Below are positions 17,331 to 26,494 of a DNA stretch of 57,972 nt, in pieces; positions within the stretch are counted from its first letter, which is position 1, and each line of letters opens with the position of its first letter. The DNA is taken from contig CAIPTA010000173.1 in NCBI GenBank assembly GCA_903867855.1, positions 1-57,972 on the forward strand, read 5' to 3'. The translations under genes were made by a program, and so were the position numbers. Under the pieces are notes generated by a model, which had not been told where the DNA came from, made no database searches, and saw only the letters and a program-made list of their open reading frames with translations. The DNA is from Oligoflexia bacterium (GTDB lineage Bacteria > Bdellovibrionota > UBA1018 > CAIPTA01).

Positions 17331-17909
17331 ATGAGAAACTGGAAACTTCTTTTGCTTTGTCTTTTCCCCCTAGTACTCACCGGATGCGGTTATAATAGCC
17401 TGCAATCCTTGGATGAAGACGTAAAAGCGTCGTGGGGTGAAGTGGAAAACCAATACCAACGCCGAAATGACCTTGTGCCGAATCTTGTGGCCACTGTGAA
17501 GGGCTATGCGAAGCACGAAGAGGATACGCTCATTGGTGTTACCAAGGCGCGTGCTGAGGCCACTCAAACCAAGCTGGACGCGAAATCTCTTTCTGACCCG
17601 CAAGCTTTTCAGCGCTACGAAAAGGCGCAAGGCGAAATGTCGAGCGCTCTCAGCCGCTTGATGGTGGTGGTAGAGAAATACCCTGACTTAAAAGCCAACG
17701 AAAATTTTCGTGATCTGCAATCACAACTCGAAGGCACGGAGAATCGTATCACCGTGGCTCGCCGCCGATATATCGAAACCGTGGCGGAATATAATAAGCA
17801 AGTGCGCTTTTTCCCAACCAACCTTACGGCTCATTTTCTTGGCTTGAACACCAAAGAAAGTTTCAAAGCAGAAGCTGGCGCCGAAAAAGCTCCGCAAGTG
17901 AAGTTCTAA
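17331..17909 (+). CDS. lemA: LemA family protein
   Basis: GCGYN, QYQRRNDLVPNLV..VKGYA.HE, YPDLKA, LEGTENRI.VAR. AGGAGG RBS. Confidence 0.95.
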   Translation: MRNWKLLLLCLFPLVLTGCGYNSLQSLDEDVKASWGEVENQYQRRNDLVPNLVATVKGYAKHEEDTLIGVTKARAEATQTKLDAKSLSDPQAFQRYEKAQGEMSSALSRLMVVVEKYPDLKANENFRDLQSQLEGTENRITVARRRYIETVAEYNKQVRFFPTNLTAHFLGLNTKESFKAEAGAEKAPQVKF

Positions 17910-17913
17910 GCTA

Positions 17914-18651
17914 GTGAAACGCTTTTTTGCGCTAGTAGCACTTCTCGTTCTCGCGCCCATCCATGCCATCGCCTGGGATCAGGGCATTAAAGTGCCCGCA
18001 GCGGCTCCTGTGGTGGATGAAGCGCGTCTACTTTCGGAGAGCGATGTATCATCTCTAGATACAATCCTCCGCACGGTAAAGGATCGCAGCGGTGTTGAAA
18101 TTTCCATCGTCATTCCTGCCTCTCTCCAAGAGCGCACGATCGAGGATTATGCGATTGCTGTGGCTGAACAGTGGAAGCTCGGCGGGAAGAAATCCGATAA
18201 GGGATTGATCTTCGTGATTGCTCCCCATGAGCGGAAAATGCGCCTCGAAGTGGGCTATGGCTTGGAGGGGGATCTCACGGATGCCTTCACGCGGCGAGTG
18301 CTGGATGATCAGGTTCGTCCGCGCTTTCAGCAGGGCAATTACGTAGAAGGAATTTATGCTGCTCTCCTTACCATCCAGACCAAGCTTGACTTAGGGCTTA
18401 GCCAAGAAGCTAGTGCTCAACCAGTGCGCCATCGCAGCCAAGGTGGCCAGGGCTTTCCCTGGTTCCCACTAATTTTCTTTCTGATCATCATCGTGCTGAG
18501 AATTTTCTTTGGCGGACGCGGTGGTTACTACGGTGGTTTCGGCGGCGGACTCGGTGGTGGAGGCTTTGGCGGCGGCAGTAGCGGCGGCGGAGGCAGCTGG
18601 GGCGGCGGCGGTGGTGGATTTGGTGGAGGCGGCTCGTCTTCGAGCTGGTGA
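17914..18651 (+). CDS. TPM domain protein (YgcG-like) with Gly-rich tail
   Basis: VVDEA.LL, R..RLEVGYGLEG.LTD and a C-terminal GGGFGGGGSSSSW. Confidence 0.92.
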   Translation: MKRFFALVALLVLAPIHAIAWDQGIKVPAAAPVVDEARLLSESDVSSLDTILRTVKDRSGVEISIVIPASLQERTIEDYAIAVAEQWKLGGKKSDKGLIFVIAPHERKMRLEVGYGLEGDLTDAFTRRVLDDQVRPRFQQGNYVEGIYAALLTIQTKLDLGLSQEASAQPVRHRSQGGQGFPWFPLIFFLIIIVLRIFFGGRGGYYGGFGGGLGGGGFGGGSSGGGGSWGGGGGGFGGGGSSSSW

Positions 18652-18654
18652 CGC

Positions 18655-19290
18655 ATGAGAAATTTATCGAAAGCTGATGTAGAAATGCTCCAAGACGCCG
18701 TGAAAAAGGCGGAGCTCGCGACCAGTGGAGAAATCGTGCCCATGGTTGTAGCGAAGAGTGCCAACTATATGGGATTTCATTTTTTTGCCGGACTGCTGGG
18801 ACTTGTGCTTGCTTCGATTGCGGGAATTTTCTGGCAAGAGCAAAATCCTTGGTGGAGTTTACCCAATTTTGTTCTGTGGCAGGTGCTTGGATTTGCCGCT
18901 GGATTTCTCCTCTCGGAAGTTCCTGCGTTGCAAAGAGCCTTGATCTCCACAAAAGTCTTCGAATCCGAAACAGCGAAGAATGCCTATGCAAATTTTCTGG
19001 CACTCGGGCTTGGACACTTGAAGGATCGCAACGGCGTGCTGATTCATGTGTCTGTGCTTGAGCGAAAAATCCATATTTTGGCAGATGAAGGTATTCACGA
19101 CATTGTGGGAAATGATTTTTGGAATGTGCAAACGAACTTGATCGCGAAAGGCTTGCGCGAGCATCGCTCGGCAGAGGGTTTAAAGGCTAGCATCACCCAT
19201 ATTGGGGCTAAGCTAGCGGAGCATTTTCCGCATCACGAGGGCGACCAGAACCACTTTGGAGATAAAGTGCGAGATAAGTCATTAGTTTAA
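18655..19290 (+). CDS. TPM domain membrane protein (lemA cluster partner)
   Basis: AELATSGEIVP, RNGVLIHVS..E....ILAD.GI, HFP...D.N. Confidence 0.88.
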   Translation: MRNLSKADVEMLQDAVKKAELATSGEIVPMVVAKSANYMGFHFFAGLLGLVLASIAGIFWQEQNPWWSLPNFVLWQVLGFAAGFLLSEVPALQRALISTKVFESETAKNAYANFLALGLGHLKDRNGVLIHVSVLERKIHILADEGIHDIVGNDFWNVQTNLIAKGLREHRSAEGLKASITHIGAKLAEHFPHHEGDQNHFGDKVRDKSLV

Positions 19291-19360
19291 TGATTTCAGT
19301 GACTTGCGTCCACCCTCAATAGTTGATTAAATAGATACAGAATGATATAACTCCTCTACT

Positions 19361-20338
19361 TTGGAGCGAAACATTTTGTCTTCTCTAGTCCTATTTTTAT
19401 TTCTTCTTTTTTCTGCCCCATCGGCAGACGCATTCGATGCACAAAAAGATTACCTGAGTGTAAGTGCCGCGAAAATTCTAATGGATCCATCTGTTTCTAC
19501 GGTGGCTCTCGATCATGTGGCCCGTTTCACGATTGATCTCGGATTGGATGGAGAATCGCAATGCGCAGGCCTGCTTTTACAAGGCGGCTATTTACTCACC
19601 GCTCGTCACTGCATTGAACGTCGCTTAACGGTAATTGATGGCTACGATGAAGCCTTATCGCGCGAAGAATTTTCAAAGCGCGTAAAGGCCTATGAGGCCA
19701 AGTATTCACTTCGTTTTTCCATCACCATATTTACCTCTAGCAAAGATAGAAGCATTCAGGCTCGGCTTGCGGCGATTGGGGCGGGTTTTCCGCTAGTGAA
19801 TACGAAAAGTGGAATGCGGAAGCGAAGGCTCAATCCAGGTGAGCTACTTTCGGGCTCTGAGGGCGACTGGGCATTACTCGACATAGGTGGTGATTGGAAC
19901 TCAGCCTGCGTGCCTCTATCTAAGCTTGATTATCGGCAGGCACTGGGGAATGAATTCGCCGTTGGCGCGCCACTAGAAAACGATACCTATAATTTCATTT
20001 CAGGGTTTGAGCTCAGAGTATCAGAGGGAACCGCGGAAGATTCTGCGACGGGGATTTCTATCCTCACGCAGGATATTGTTCTTGATGGCGGTAATCCTGG
20101 TGATAGCTTCGCCACGATCTATGCCAAATCAGGATTCTCTACTGTTGCAGTATTGCCTGGTTACTCCGGCGGCGCCTTCCTAGACGCTACGGGAGGCTAC
20201 CTTGGCGTAACCAGTTTTATGCTCAGCCATTTCCAGGGCAGCGGATACGCCCCCATCTCTGAAATTCAGAAGCAGTGGATCGACGATAAGCTGAGCTTGC
20301 CTCGCGGCTCCGTGGATGATTTTTTCTGCCAAAATTAG
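19361..20338 (+). CDS. Secreted trypsin-like (S1) serine protease
   Basis: Signal peptide and a complete triad: LLTARHC (His), GDWALL (Asp), PGYSGG (Ser). Confidence 0.8.
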   Translation: MERNILSSLVLFLFLLFSAPSADAFDAQKDYLSVSAAKILMDPSVSTVALDHVARFTIDLGLDGESQCAGLLLQGGYLLTARHCIERRLTVIDGYDEALSREEFSKRVKAYEAKYSLRFSITIFTSSKDRSIQARLAAIGAGFPLVNTKSGMRKRRLNPGELLSGSEGDWALLDIGGDWNSACVPLSKLDYRQALGNEFAVGAPLENDTYNFISGFELRVSEGTAEDSATGISILTQDIVLDGGNPGDSFATIYAKSGFSTVAVLPGYSGGAFLDATGGYLGVTSFMLSHFQGSGYAPISEIQKQWIDDKLSLPRGSVDDFFCQN

Positions 20339-20340
20339 AA

Positions 20341-20368
20341 TAAAATTTAATCGTCCCTATACCGATAG
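20341..20368 (+). promoter_or_regulatory. Sigma28-type promoter
   Basis: TAAAATTT-N12-ACCGATAG, ending 6 nt before the ATG at 20375. Confidence 0.6.
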
Positions 20369-20374
20369 GTCGGT

Positions 20375-21196
20375 ATGAAGTTTCATTTTTCATTCGTGGT
20401 ATTATTATTTACTCTCGTGGCTTGTTCCCACGCTCCTACTGAGGGAGGAAGGCGCAGCATCGCATCCCTTGATATTTCGAGTACTTTTGTGCCCATTCAT
20501 GCGGGCAGTTTTGATATGGGCAGCGACGAGAATGAATATGGGCGCACGATGATGGAAACACGTCACCATGTAAGCATCACCCACGATTTTGAGATGCAAG
20601 CCACTCCTGTTACACAAATTCAATTTAAGCGTGTAATGAGCATGAACCCTTCATTCACCCATCACAAATCAGAGTGCCCTGAGAACTATGAGGAGAAAAC
20701 TTTCTGTTGCACCACCAATCCAGTGGAAAGCGTGAGCTGGTACCAAGTGCAAAACTTCATTACGGCCATGAACCAGAAACATGATGGCTATGTGTATCGA
20801 TTGCCAACTTCCGCGGAGTGGGAGTATGCGGCGCGCGCGGGATCCAGCAGCACTTTCTTCTTCGGAGATGATGTAGACGAACTAGGGAAATACTCTTGGT
20901 ACTTTGAAAACTCTCGGCAACGCACCCATCCTGTGGCGAGCAAGCGTCCGAATGCTTGGGGCCTCTATGATATGGCAGGTAATGTGCGCAATTGGGTGGC
21001 GGATTTACCCCCAGAATATACAGCCGATGCGCTGATTGACCCTGTGGGTGCATTAAAATCCGATAACCATGAAATTCGCGGTTGTTCCTGGTCGAATTTT
21101 TCCACCGAGTGTAGGTCTGGTGCGAGATTTAGTGATACTTCCGATACCGCAAGTTCGGCCACGGGCTTTCGCTTGGTTCGCACAAAAGCGCCTTGA
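20375..21196 (+). CDS. Lipoprotein with formylglycine-generating-enzyme (SUMF1/CLec-fold) domain
   Basis: Lipobox LVAC, F.MGS, PVESVSW, YRLPTSAEWEYAARAG, PNAWGLYDMAGNV, RG.SW, GFRLV. Confidence 0.9.
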   Translation: MKFHFSFVVLLFTLVACSHAPTEGGRRSIASLDISSTFVPIHAGSFDMGSDENEYGRTMMETRHHVSITHDFEMQATPVTQIQFKRVMSMNPSFTHHKSECPENYEEKTFCCTTNPVESVSWYQVQNFITAMNQKHDGYVYRLPTSAEWEYAARAGSSSTFFFGDDVDELGKYSWYFENSRQRTHPVASKRPNAWGLYDMAGNVRNWVADLPPEYTADALIDPVGALKSDNHEIRGCSWSNFSTECRSGARFSDTSDTASSATGFRLVRTKAP

Positions 21197-21241
21197 ATCT
21201 AGTCACACGGTAGGCGCGATTACTCACACGCACGATATACG

Positions 21242-22621
21242 TTGACGACGCTGGCACCTGTACTTGAAAATTATTGTATGCGTCTGCTATTGGTCTTAGA
21301 CAATCAGGAAGTAAGAGAGTTAATGAGTTTCCAGCTTTCCAGCCGTTTTGCCTTGGAAGTGCAAGAGTTACCAAACTTTGACGATGCAGCCAGTTTCCTC
21401 GAAGGCGAAGATAATGCCGGTCTCTCCCAGATCACAGAGCTATTGATTGCTCCCTATAACGGCAAGGCGAATGAGCTCACAGAGTATCTCCAGTCGCGCG
21501 TAAAGCCACTACCAACGATCTTCTACTATGAAGGTGAAGTGCCACCAGCGGATGTCTTAAAAGGCTTACTCACGCTCGGGCTTTTGGAAAAGCAGCAGAT
21601 TGTAGAGGGCTCAGCCAGACTATTAGAAGACTATCTCTCGAAAAATGGCGAGTATGCCGATCCAAATGATTTCTGTCCGATTCATACTAGCCTACTGATG
21701 CGAACCACTCCCTTGAAGAGTGATATATATATCAAGCTTTCCAAAAACAAATTTGTGAAGCTCTTCCACTCTGGCGCTGAATTCGATCAATCGGATCTAG
21801 AGCGCTACTATAAGGTGAAGAAGATTGAGTTCATGTACCTGAAGCGATCCGAGACTGCGGAATTCATGGGCAAGTTTTCGAAAGAATTAGATCTACTCCT
21901 CTCCAAAGAAGAGATCACTATCCAAGAAGCAGCAGAAACCATGATGCTTACTCAAGAGATGATTCAAGAATTGGTTCATCGAGTTGGTTTCAGTGCAGAA
22001 GTGCAGGAGCTCGCCAGAAAAAATGTGGCCCTCACCATCAAGGCGATTGGAACGAGTCCAAAATTGCTCACGATTATTTCTCAAATCCATGCGGGAGCAA
22101 ATTATATTGCCCAACACAGCTCCCTCCTTGCCTATGTTGGCTGTTGCTTGGCCAAGGAAATGTCGTGGGGATCTGATTCCACTTTTTCCAAACTGGTGAT
22201 CGCGGCGTATATGCACGATATCTCTCTTACGAATCCAAAGTTAGCGAAAATAAATTCACTGGCGGAGCTGAATCAATTGAAGGATCAGTTCACTGAACAA
22301 GAGGTGAAAAGTTATCACCTGCATCCGTTAAAATCTGCCGATGTGGTTAAATCATTTCAAGAAATCCCTGCCGACGTTGATATTATCGTTTCCCATCATC
22401 ATGAACGTCCGAACGGGACGGGTTTTCCCCGCGGATTGCAGCATAATTATATCGCTCCACTAGCCGCTGTTTTTATCGTGGCTCACGATCTCTCGCAGGC
22501 AATCCTTAATAAACGAGAATCCTTCAACTTGGCTTCCTTCATTGTGGAAGCAAAACAAAACTACACTTTGGGGAATTTTAAAAAAGTAGTTTCTGCGCTA
22601 GAAAAAATTAAATTTGAATGA
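21242..22621 (+). CDS. Degenerate REC plus HD-GYP-type phosphohydrolase
   Basis: AYMHDI (HD) and HHHERPNGTGFPRG (GYP as GFP). The N-terminal REC-like fold lacks a clear phospho-Asp. Confidence 0.82.
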   Translation: MTTLAPVLENYCMRLLLVLDNQEVRELMSFQLSSRFALEVQELPNFDDAASFLEGEDNAGLSQITELLIAPYNGKANELTEYLQSRVKPLPTIFYYEGEVPPADVLKGLLTLGLLEKQQIVEGSARLLEDYLSKNGEYADPNDFCPIHTSLLMRTTPLKSDIYIKLSKNKFVKLFHSGAEFDQSDLERYYKVKKIEFMYLKRSETAEFMGKFSKELDLLLSKEEITIQEAAETMMLTQEMIQELVHRVGFSAEVQELARKNVALTIKAIGTSPKLLTIISQIHAGANYIAQHSSLLAYVGCCLAKEMSWGSDSTFSKLVIAAYMHDISLTNPKLAKINSLAELNQLKDQFTEQEVKSYHLHPLKSADVVKSFQEIPADVDIIVSHHHERPNGTGFPRGLQHNYIAPLAAVFIVAHDLSQAILNKRESFNLASFIVEAKQNYTLGNFKKVVSALEKIKFE

Positions 22622-22655
22622 GCTCTGAATTTTTTCCCTTTTACGGAGAATCTTA

Positions 22656-23270
22656 GTGCTGCTCGATCCGCGAAATTTACTTTCAAAAGCCTTTTTTTAT
22701 CGTTGGTTCCAAGGGCTGATTGGCCGAGAAGAGCCTTGGAAGCGCTTCGTGGAGGGTCTGGATATTCTGCCGGGCCAGAGAGTGTTAGATATCGGCTGTG
22801 GACCCGCAAGTATTCTCGCCCAACTTCCGAATGACATTGAATACTTTGGGCTTGATCATAATCCGAATTATATTGAAGAAGCGCAGGCGAAATATGGATC
22901 TCGCGGCACTTTCATTGTGCGTTCCATTTCCGCGGAGCTCGCCAAAGAGTTCGGCCAGTTTGATACCATATTGGCAATTGGTGTTTTGCATCACCTTGAC
23001 GATGCAGGTGCTGAGGCGCTTCTTGCCGCTGCATCAAAGGTACTTAAGCCAGACGGAAAACTTGTCAGCTTTGATGGCGTGTTTTTTGATGGGCAGAACC
23101 CCATCGCAAAATTTCTGTTATACTTGGATCGTGGACGCTTCGTGCGCACTTCGGATGCCTATGAAAACTTAGCGAAGCGAAATTTTCCCAAGGTGAAAAG
23201 TCGCTTCATTCACGATCTTTTGGCAGTTCCCTATTCGCATTTTGTGATGGAGTGCAAGCTTCGGGAATAA
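22656..23270 (+). CDS. Class I SAM-dependent methyltransferase
   Basis: VLDIGCGPA motif I, FDTI, LHHLDD, LKPDG. Confidence 0.88.
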   Translation: MLLDPRNLLSKAFFYRWFQGLIGREEPWKRFVEGLDILPGQRVLDIGCGPASILAQLPNDIEYFGLDHNPNYIEEAQAKYGSRGTFIVRSISAELAKEFGQFDTILAIGVLHHLDDAGAEALLAAASKVLKPDGKLVSFDGVFFDGQNPIAKFLLYLDRGRFVRTSDAYENLAKRNFPKVKSRFIHDLLAVPYSHFVMECKLRE

Positions 23271-23293
23271 TTTCGATTCTCTTGCCGGCTATC

Positions 23294-23382
23294 TTATTTA
23301 TATTTTCTTTCTTTTCCGTAGCGAGGCAGGATGCCACAAGCTGCGAGCCTGGAGGGCGAGGATAGAAAGAAAATATAAATAA
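23294..23382. repeat. Hairpin element 3' of tRNA-Leu(CAA)
   Basis: Perfect 19-bp inverted repeat TTATTTATATTTTCTTTCT (23294-23312 and 23364-23382) around a 51-bp GC-rich core. Confidence 0.7.
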
Positions 23383-23385
23383 TTA

Positions 23386-23472
23386 TGGTGGCCCCTCCGA
23401 GAATCGAACTCGGACACCCGTGAGGGCGCTGGATTTTGAATCCAGTGCGTCTACCAGTTCCGCCAAAGGGCC
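23386..23472 (-). tRNA. tRNA-Leu(CAA)
   Basis: GGCCCTTTGGCGGAACTGGTAGACG...CTGGA-TTCAAAA-TCCAG anticodon arm, long variable arm, GTTCGATT and CCA. Confidence 0.95.
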
Positions 23473-23525
23473 ATGCATGCTATGCGCGAGGGCAAAACTT
23501 ATAATCGACTGGCGGCTTTGTCAAT

Positions 23526-24350
23526 TTAGAAAAAAAGTGAGCTAAAATGAGCCACTAGGATCACCACGAAGCCGCCCAAATAGAGCAGGGCGGCGCGTTT
23601 GTTCTTCCAGGCGAAAAAGATGCGAGAATGTAAGAAAATACCACAGATAAACCAGGTGCCGATGGCTAGGAATACTTCTTTTCGCTCGTTCCAAATTTGC
23701 GCAAAATCCGGAAGTTGATTGCGCTCAAAAAGCACCAGCGCTTCGATAATAATTCCGAGTGTAAGCAGGGGCATGGCGAGCAAAATCATTCGATAGCTCA
23801 TTCGATCGATGCGCCAAAGAGAGCGCTCATTTTCTTTTTTTCTCTCCGGGCTGAGGTGCGGATTGCGAAGAGTCTTCCAAAAATACTCCACGGTAAGGGG
23901 GAGGGCGAGCATACAAAAGGCATAGCCCATTAAAAAGCTGAGTCGATAGAGGCTTAGCCACTGCACATCATTATTGAAGAGGGCATTAAATCCTTCGGAG
24001 TGTGAGTGCGGGAGAAAACTCAAGGAAACTGCCACCCAGAGATTGGCAAAAAAAGAGGTGAACTGATTGGAATAAACCAACTCGCTCACTAAGTTTGCGG
24101 CACTCATGCTCCAGGCAAAGAGCAGCCAGCTAATCGGGCGATCGGGTGATTGAATTTGTTGGGCGGAACTAGGAATCTGGAGTTGCTTTAAATAATAAAG
24201 AATACCAATAGTAAAAAAAGCGAAACTTAGTTTTTCTAAGATGGAGCAAATTCTGTCCCACTTCGAGTTCACTTTGCCCGCTATTCCTGCGCGAATAATT
24301 GCGGCAACCCAATACAAAGCGGCGATACATAAAAAAACATAGCCAGTCAT
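23526..24350 (-). CDS. Cytochrome c assembly protein family (CcsA/HemX-like), degenerate
   Basis: DRMSYR....PLLTLGII, TW....FLHSR...W..KRAA align with CcsA, but the WWD motif is absent. Confidence 0.65.
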   Translation of the reverse strand: MTGYVFLCIAALYWVAAIIRAGIAGKVNSKWDRICSILEKLSFAFFTIGILYYLKQLQIPSSAQQIQSPDRPISWLLFAWSMSAANLVSELVYSNQFTSFFANLWVAVSLSFLPHSHSEGFNALFNNDVQWLSLYRLSFLMGYAFCMLALPLTVEYFWKTLRNPHLSPERKKENERSLWRIDRMSYRMILLAMPLLTLGIIIEALVLFERNQLPDFAQIWNERKEVFLAIGTWFICGIFLHSRIFFAWKNKRAALLYLGGFVVILVAHFSSLFF

Positions 24351-24399
24351 CGTGTCGCGATTTTGCGATACGGGGCGGCGAAAGTCAAGGTATCGGATC

Positions 24400-24415
24400 T
24401 GGCGCTACCTTTGCA
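24400..24415 (+). promoter_or_regulatory. Sigma54 -24/-12 promoter
   Basis: TGGCGCTACCTTTGCA, GG-N10-GC spacing, 24 nt upstream of the ATG at 24440. Confidence 0.65.
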
Positions 24416-24439
24416 TAGGGCTCTCTGAAGGAGAGCAAA

Positions 24440-25756
24440 ATGAGCATTAGCCAAAGCACGCGCCCAACTACAGAATGGTTGAAATCCCCTTTGACGATGA
24501 GGCTAGAGCGTTTACAGCCAGATCGTGAAATCCAGGTGCAACCTTACCAAGGCACGCGAAAAAATCTTCGACTTTTTCACACGAGTTATCTCATCGGAAA
24601 TGGAGCGGATTGCGACTTGCGGATCGATGATCCATTTCTTTCTACTCACCATGCAAGGATTCGACTCCGTGACTCCGGCGCAGGCTATGAGGTGGAAGAT
24701 TTGGGCTCGAAAAATGGTGTTTTTGTGAACGGCCTAAGAGTGGAGCGAGCCTTTCTTCCGAAGCAAGGCACTTTACGAATTGGCCGATCTCTTATCTCCT
24801 GGCGCGACCCCGAAGATTCCATGCCCACAATGCTCGATTGGGTTTGTGAGGATCCTTTTTTTCGAGAAACGTTGGAACGACTACGAAAAATCGCGCATTC
24901 TGATTTGCCGATTTTGCTGCTTGGAGAAACTGGCACGGGAAAAGATATCTTGGCTAATTTTATTCATCAGGCAAGTGCAAATGCCAATGGGCCGTTTGTG
25001 GCGATCAATAGCGCGAATGCCGGTGGAAGCTTAGCGGATAGCGAGCTTTTTGGTCATAAAAAGGGCGCCTATACTGGTTCAGAAAATAAGCGCTTAGGGG
25101 CAATCATGAGTGCCAATCGAGGAACTTTATTTCTCGATGAAATTGGGGATCTTTCTTTAGAAACTCAAGTAAAGCTCCTAAGAACCTTGGAGAATGGCGA
25201 GGTGAAGGCCTTGGGGAGTGATACTTCAGAACACAGTAAATTTAGAGTGGTGTCTGCCACAAGCCAAGATATTGAAGATAAAATCGCGCACGGAGTGTTT
25301 CGTTTAGATCTCTACTATCGCATTGCCGGTTATGTGGTGCATGTGCCGGCGCTGCGGGATCGTCCGAAGGATATCCTTGCGATCGCCAAAAAAGTATTAG
25401 AGCAAAAACAATTGTTTCTAGCAGAAGAGTGTCGAGGCTCTTTACTTTCCTATGAGTGGCCGGGAAATGTGCGTGAATTGAAATCGGTGATTGAACGAGC
25501 TGCAGTGATTGCAAGAGCAGAAAATAGCACGCAGATTTTGTGTCATCATTTGATTTTTGGTTCAGCGCTAAAGTATCAATCGAAGCTCACGGATGTTACG
25601 CAACTCACGCTCGAGGCCTCAGAGAAAAAACTGATCTTCCAGACGCTCGAAAAAACGGGCTGGTCGAAGGTAACAACGGCGAGAAATCTTGGAATAGCGA
25701 GATCCACTTTGTTTGAAAAAATGCGGAAATATGGGATCAGAAACTCACTGAATTAG
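24440..25756 (+). CDS. FHA-domain sigma54-dependent enhancer-binding protein (Fis HTH)
   Basis: FHA (STHH, DLGSKNG), Walker A GETGTGKD, ELFGHKKGAYTGS, LFLDEIG, RLDLYYRI, WPGNVREL and a C-terminal HTH. Confidence 0.93.
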   Translation: MSISQSTRPTTEWLKSPLTMRLERLQPDREIQVQPYQGTRKNLRLFHTSYLIGNGADCDLRIDDPFLSTHHARIRLRDSGAGYEVEDLGSKNGVFVNGLRVERAFLPKQGTLRIGRSLISWRDPEDSMPTMLDWVCEDPFFRETLERLRKIAHSDLPILLLGETGTGKDILANFIHQASANANGPFVAINSANAGGSLADSELFGHKKGAYTGSENKRLGAIMSANRGTLFLDEIGDLSLETQVKLLRTLENGEVKALGSDTSEHSKFRVVSATSQDIEDKIAHGVFRLDLYYRIAGYVVHVPALRDRPKDILAIAKKVLEQKQLFLAEECRGSLLSYEWPGNVRELKSVIERAAVIARAENSTQILCHHLIFGSALKYQSKLTDVTQLTLEASEKKLIFQTLEKTGWSKVTTARNLGIARSTLFEKMRKYGIRNSLN

Positions 25757-26386
25757 CAGGTTGTGGAAGAAAACCTCTTCTACTTTACCATGCTTCATGA
25801 TCGTGTTCATCGCATCGCGAATTCCGATGCGAGCTTTTTCTTTCGTTGCTTCATTCATAAAATCTTCATGCTGGAGCGAAAGGGAGTTCAGCACATCGAT
25901 GGCCTTATCATGCATCATCACATCGTTGGATTGTGCGTAGGTGGCAGACTCTGGAGAATCGCAACGCGCCCAGAGATCAAGGCTGAGCAATCCTTTTTTT
26001 TGCGGACCATATCCGTTGATCAGAATTTTTCCGATGCTCACTACGGAAGCTGCTTCTCGCGCGTGATCTTGTAAATTATCGAAGCCCTTGGAGTAGCGGG
26101 CATCTTGTTCCTTTAGGGCCTTCGCCGGATAGAGGCGCAAAAATAATTTAATTCCGGCAAAGCTTCCGCTGGAAAGGCCGATAAGCAAAAGAAGAATCAC
26201 GGAATAGGCCTGCAGCTTCTCCCAGAAATTACCGCTAGCGAGAATGGAAAAAAAGGAATTGGGATTTTTGGCTTTCACTTCCGTAGAAGGACGTAATTTC
26301 TGGAGGAAAGCGATGCTGTCGAGCTTTGCTTTCACTTTCGCGAGCGCCTCACGAAGCTTGGTTTTTAGGGCATCTAGCTTTCCCAT
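25745..26386 (-). CDS. fliL: Flagellar basal body-associated FliL family protein
   Basis: Single TM, and a C-terminal K......I.D.MN..M.HG.VEEVFF.NLLIQ typical of FliL. Confidence 0.7.
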   Translation of the reverse strand: MGKLDALKTKLREALAKVKAKLDSIAFLQKLRPSTEVKAKNPNSFFSILASGNFWEKLQAYSVILLLLIGLSSGSFAGIKLFLRLYPAKALKEQDARYSKGFDNLQDHAREAASVVSIGKILINGYGPQKKGLLSLDLWARCDSPESATYAQSNDVMMHDKAIDVLNSLSLQHEDFMNEATKEKARIGIRDAMNTIMKHGKVEEVFFHNLLIQ

Positions 26387-26393
26387 AAGTCAC

Positions 26394-26419
26394 TTATCGT
26401 AGCGCGAAGTTTTCCTTAA
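26394..26419 (-). promoter_or_regulatory. Possible sigma28-type promoter for fliL
   Basis: TTAA-N14-TACGATAA on the minus strand. Spacing is one base short of consensus. Confidence 0.4.
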
Positions 26420-26437
26420 AAGAAGTGAAATAGTCGG

Positions 26438-26464
26438 TAAATTTTTTGGCCCATCTGACGATAG
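26438..26464 (+). promoter_or_regulatory. Sigma28-type promoter
   Basis: TAAATTTT-N11-GACGATAG upstream of the lipoprotein gene. Confidence 0.55.
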
Positions 26465-26494
26465 GTTTTATGAGTGAATTCTGGAGGAATTTCG

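Noticed and set aside
18522-18651. GGC-rich low-complexity repeat
   Set aside because: It is the ordinary Gly-rich tail of TPM/YgcG proteins.
21060-21196. FGE/CLec C-terminus as a diversity-generating retroelement variable region
   Set aside because: I found no template repeat or reverse transcriptase in the window. A whole-genome search would be needed to revive this.
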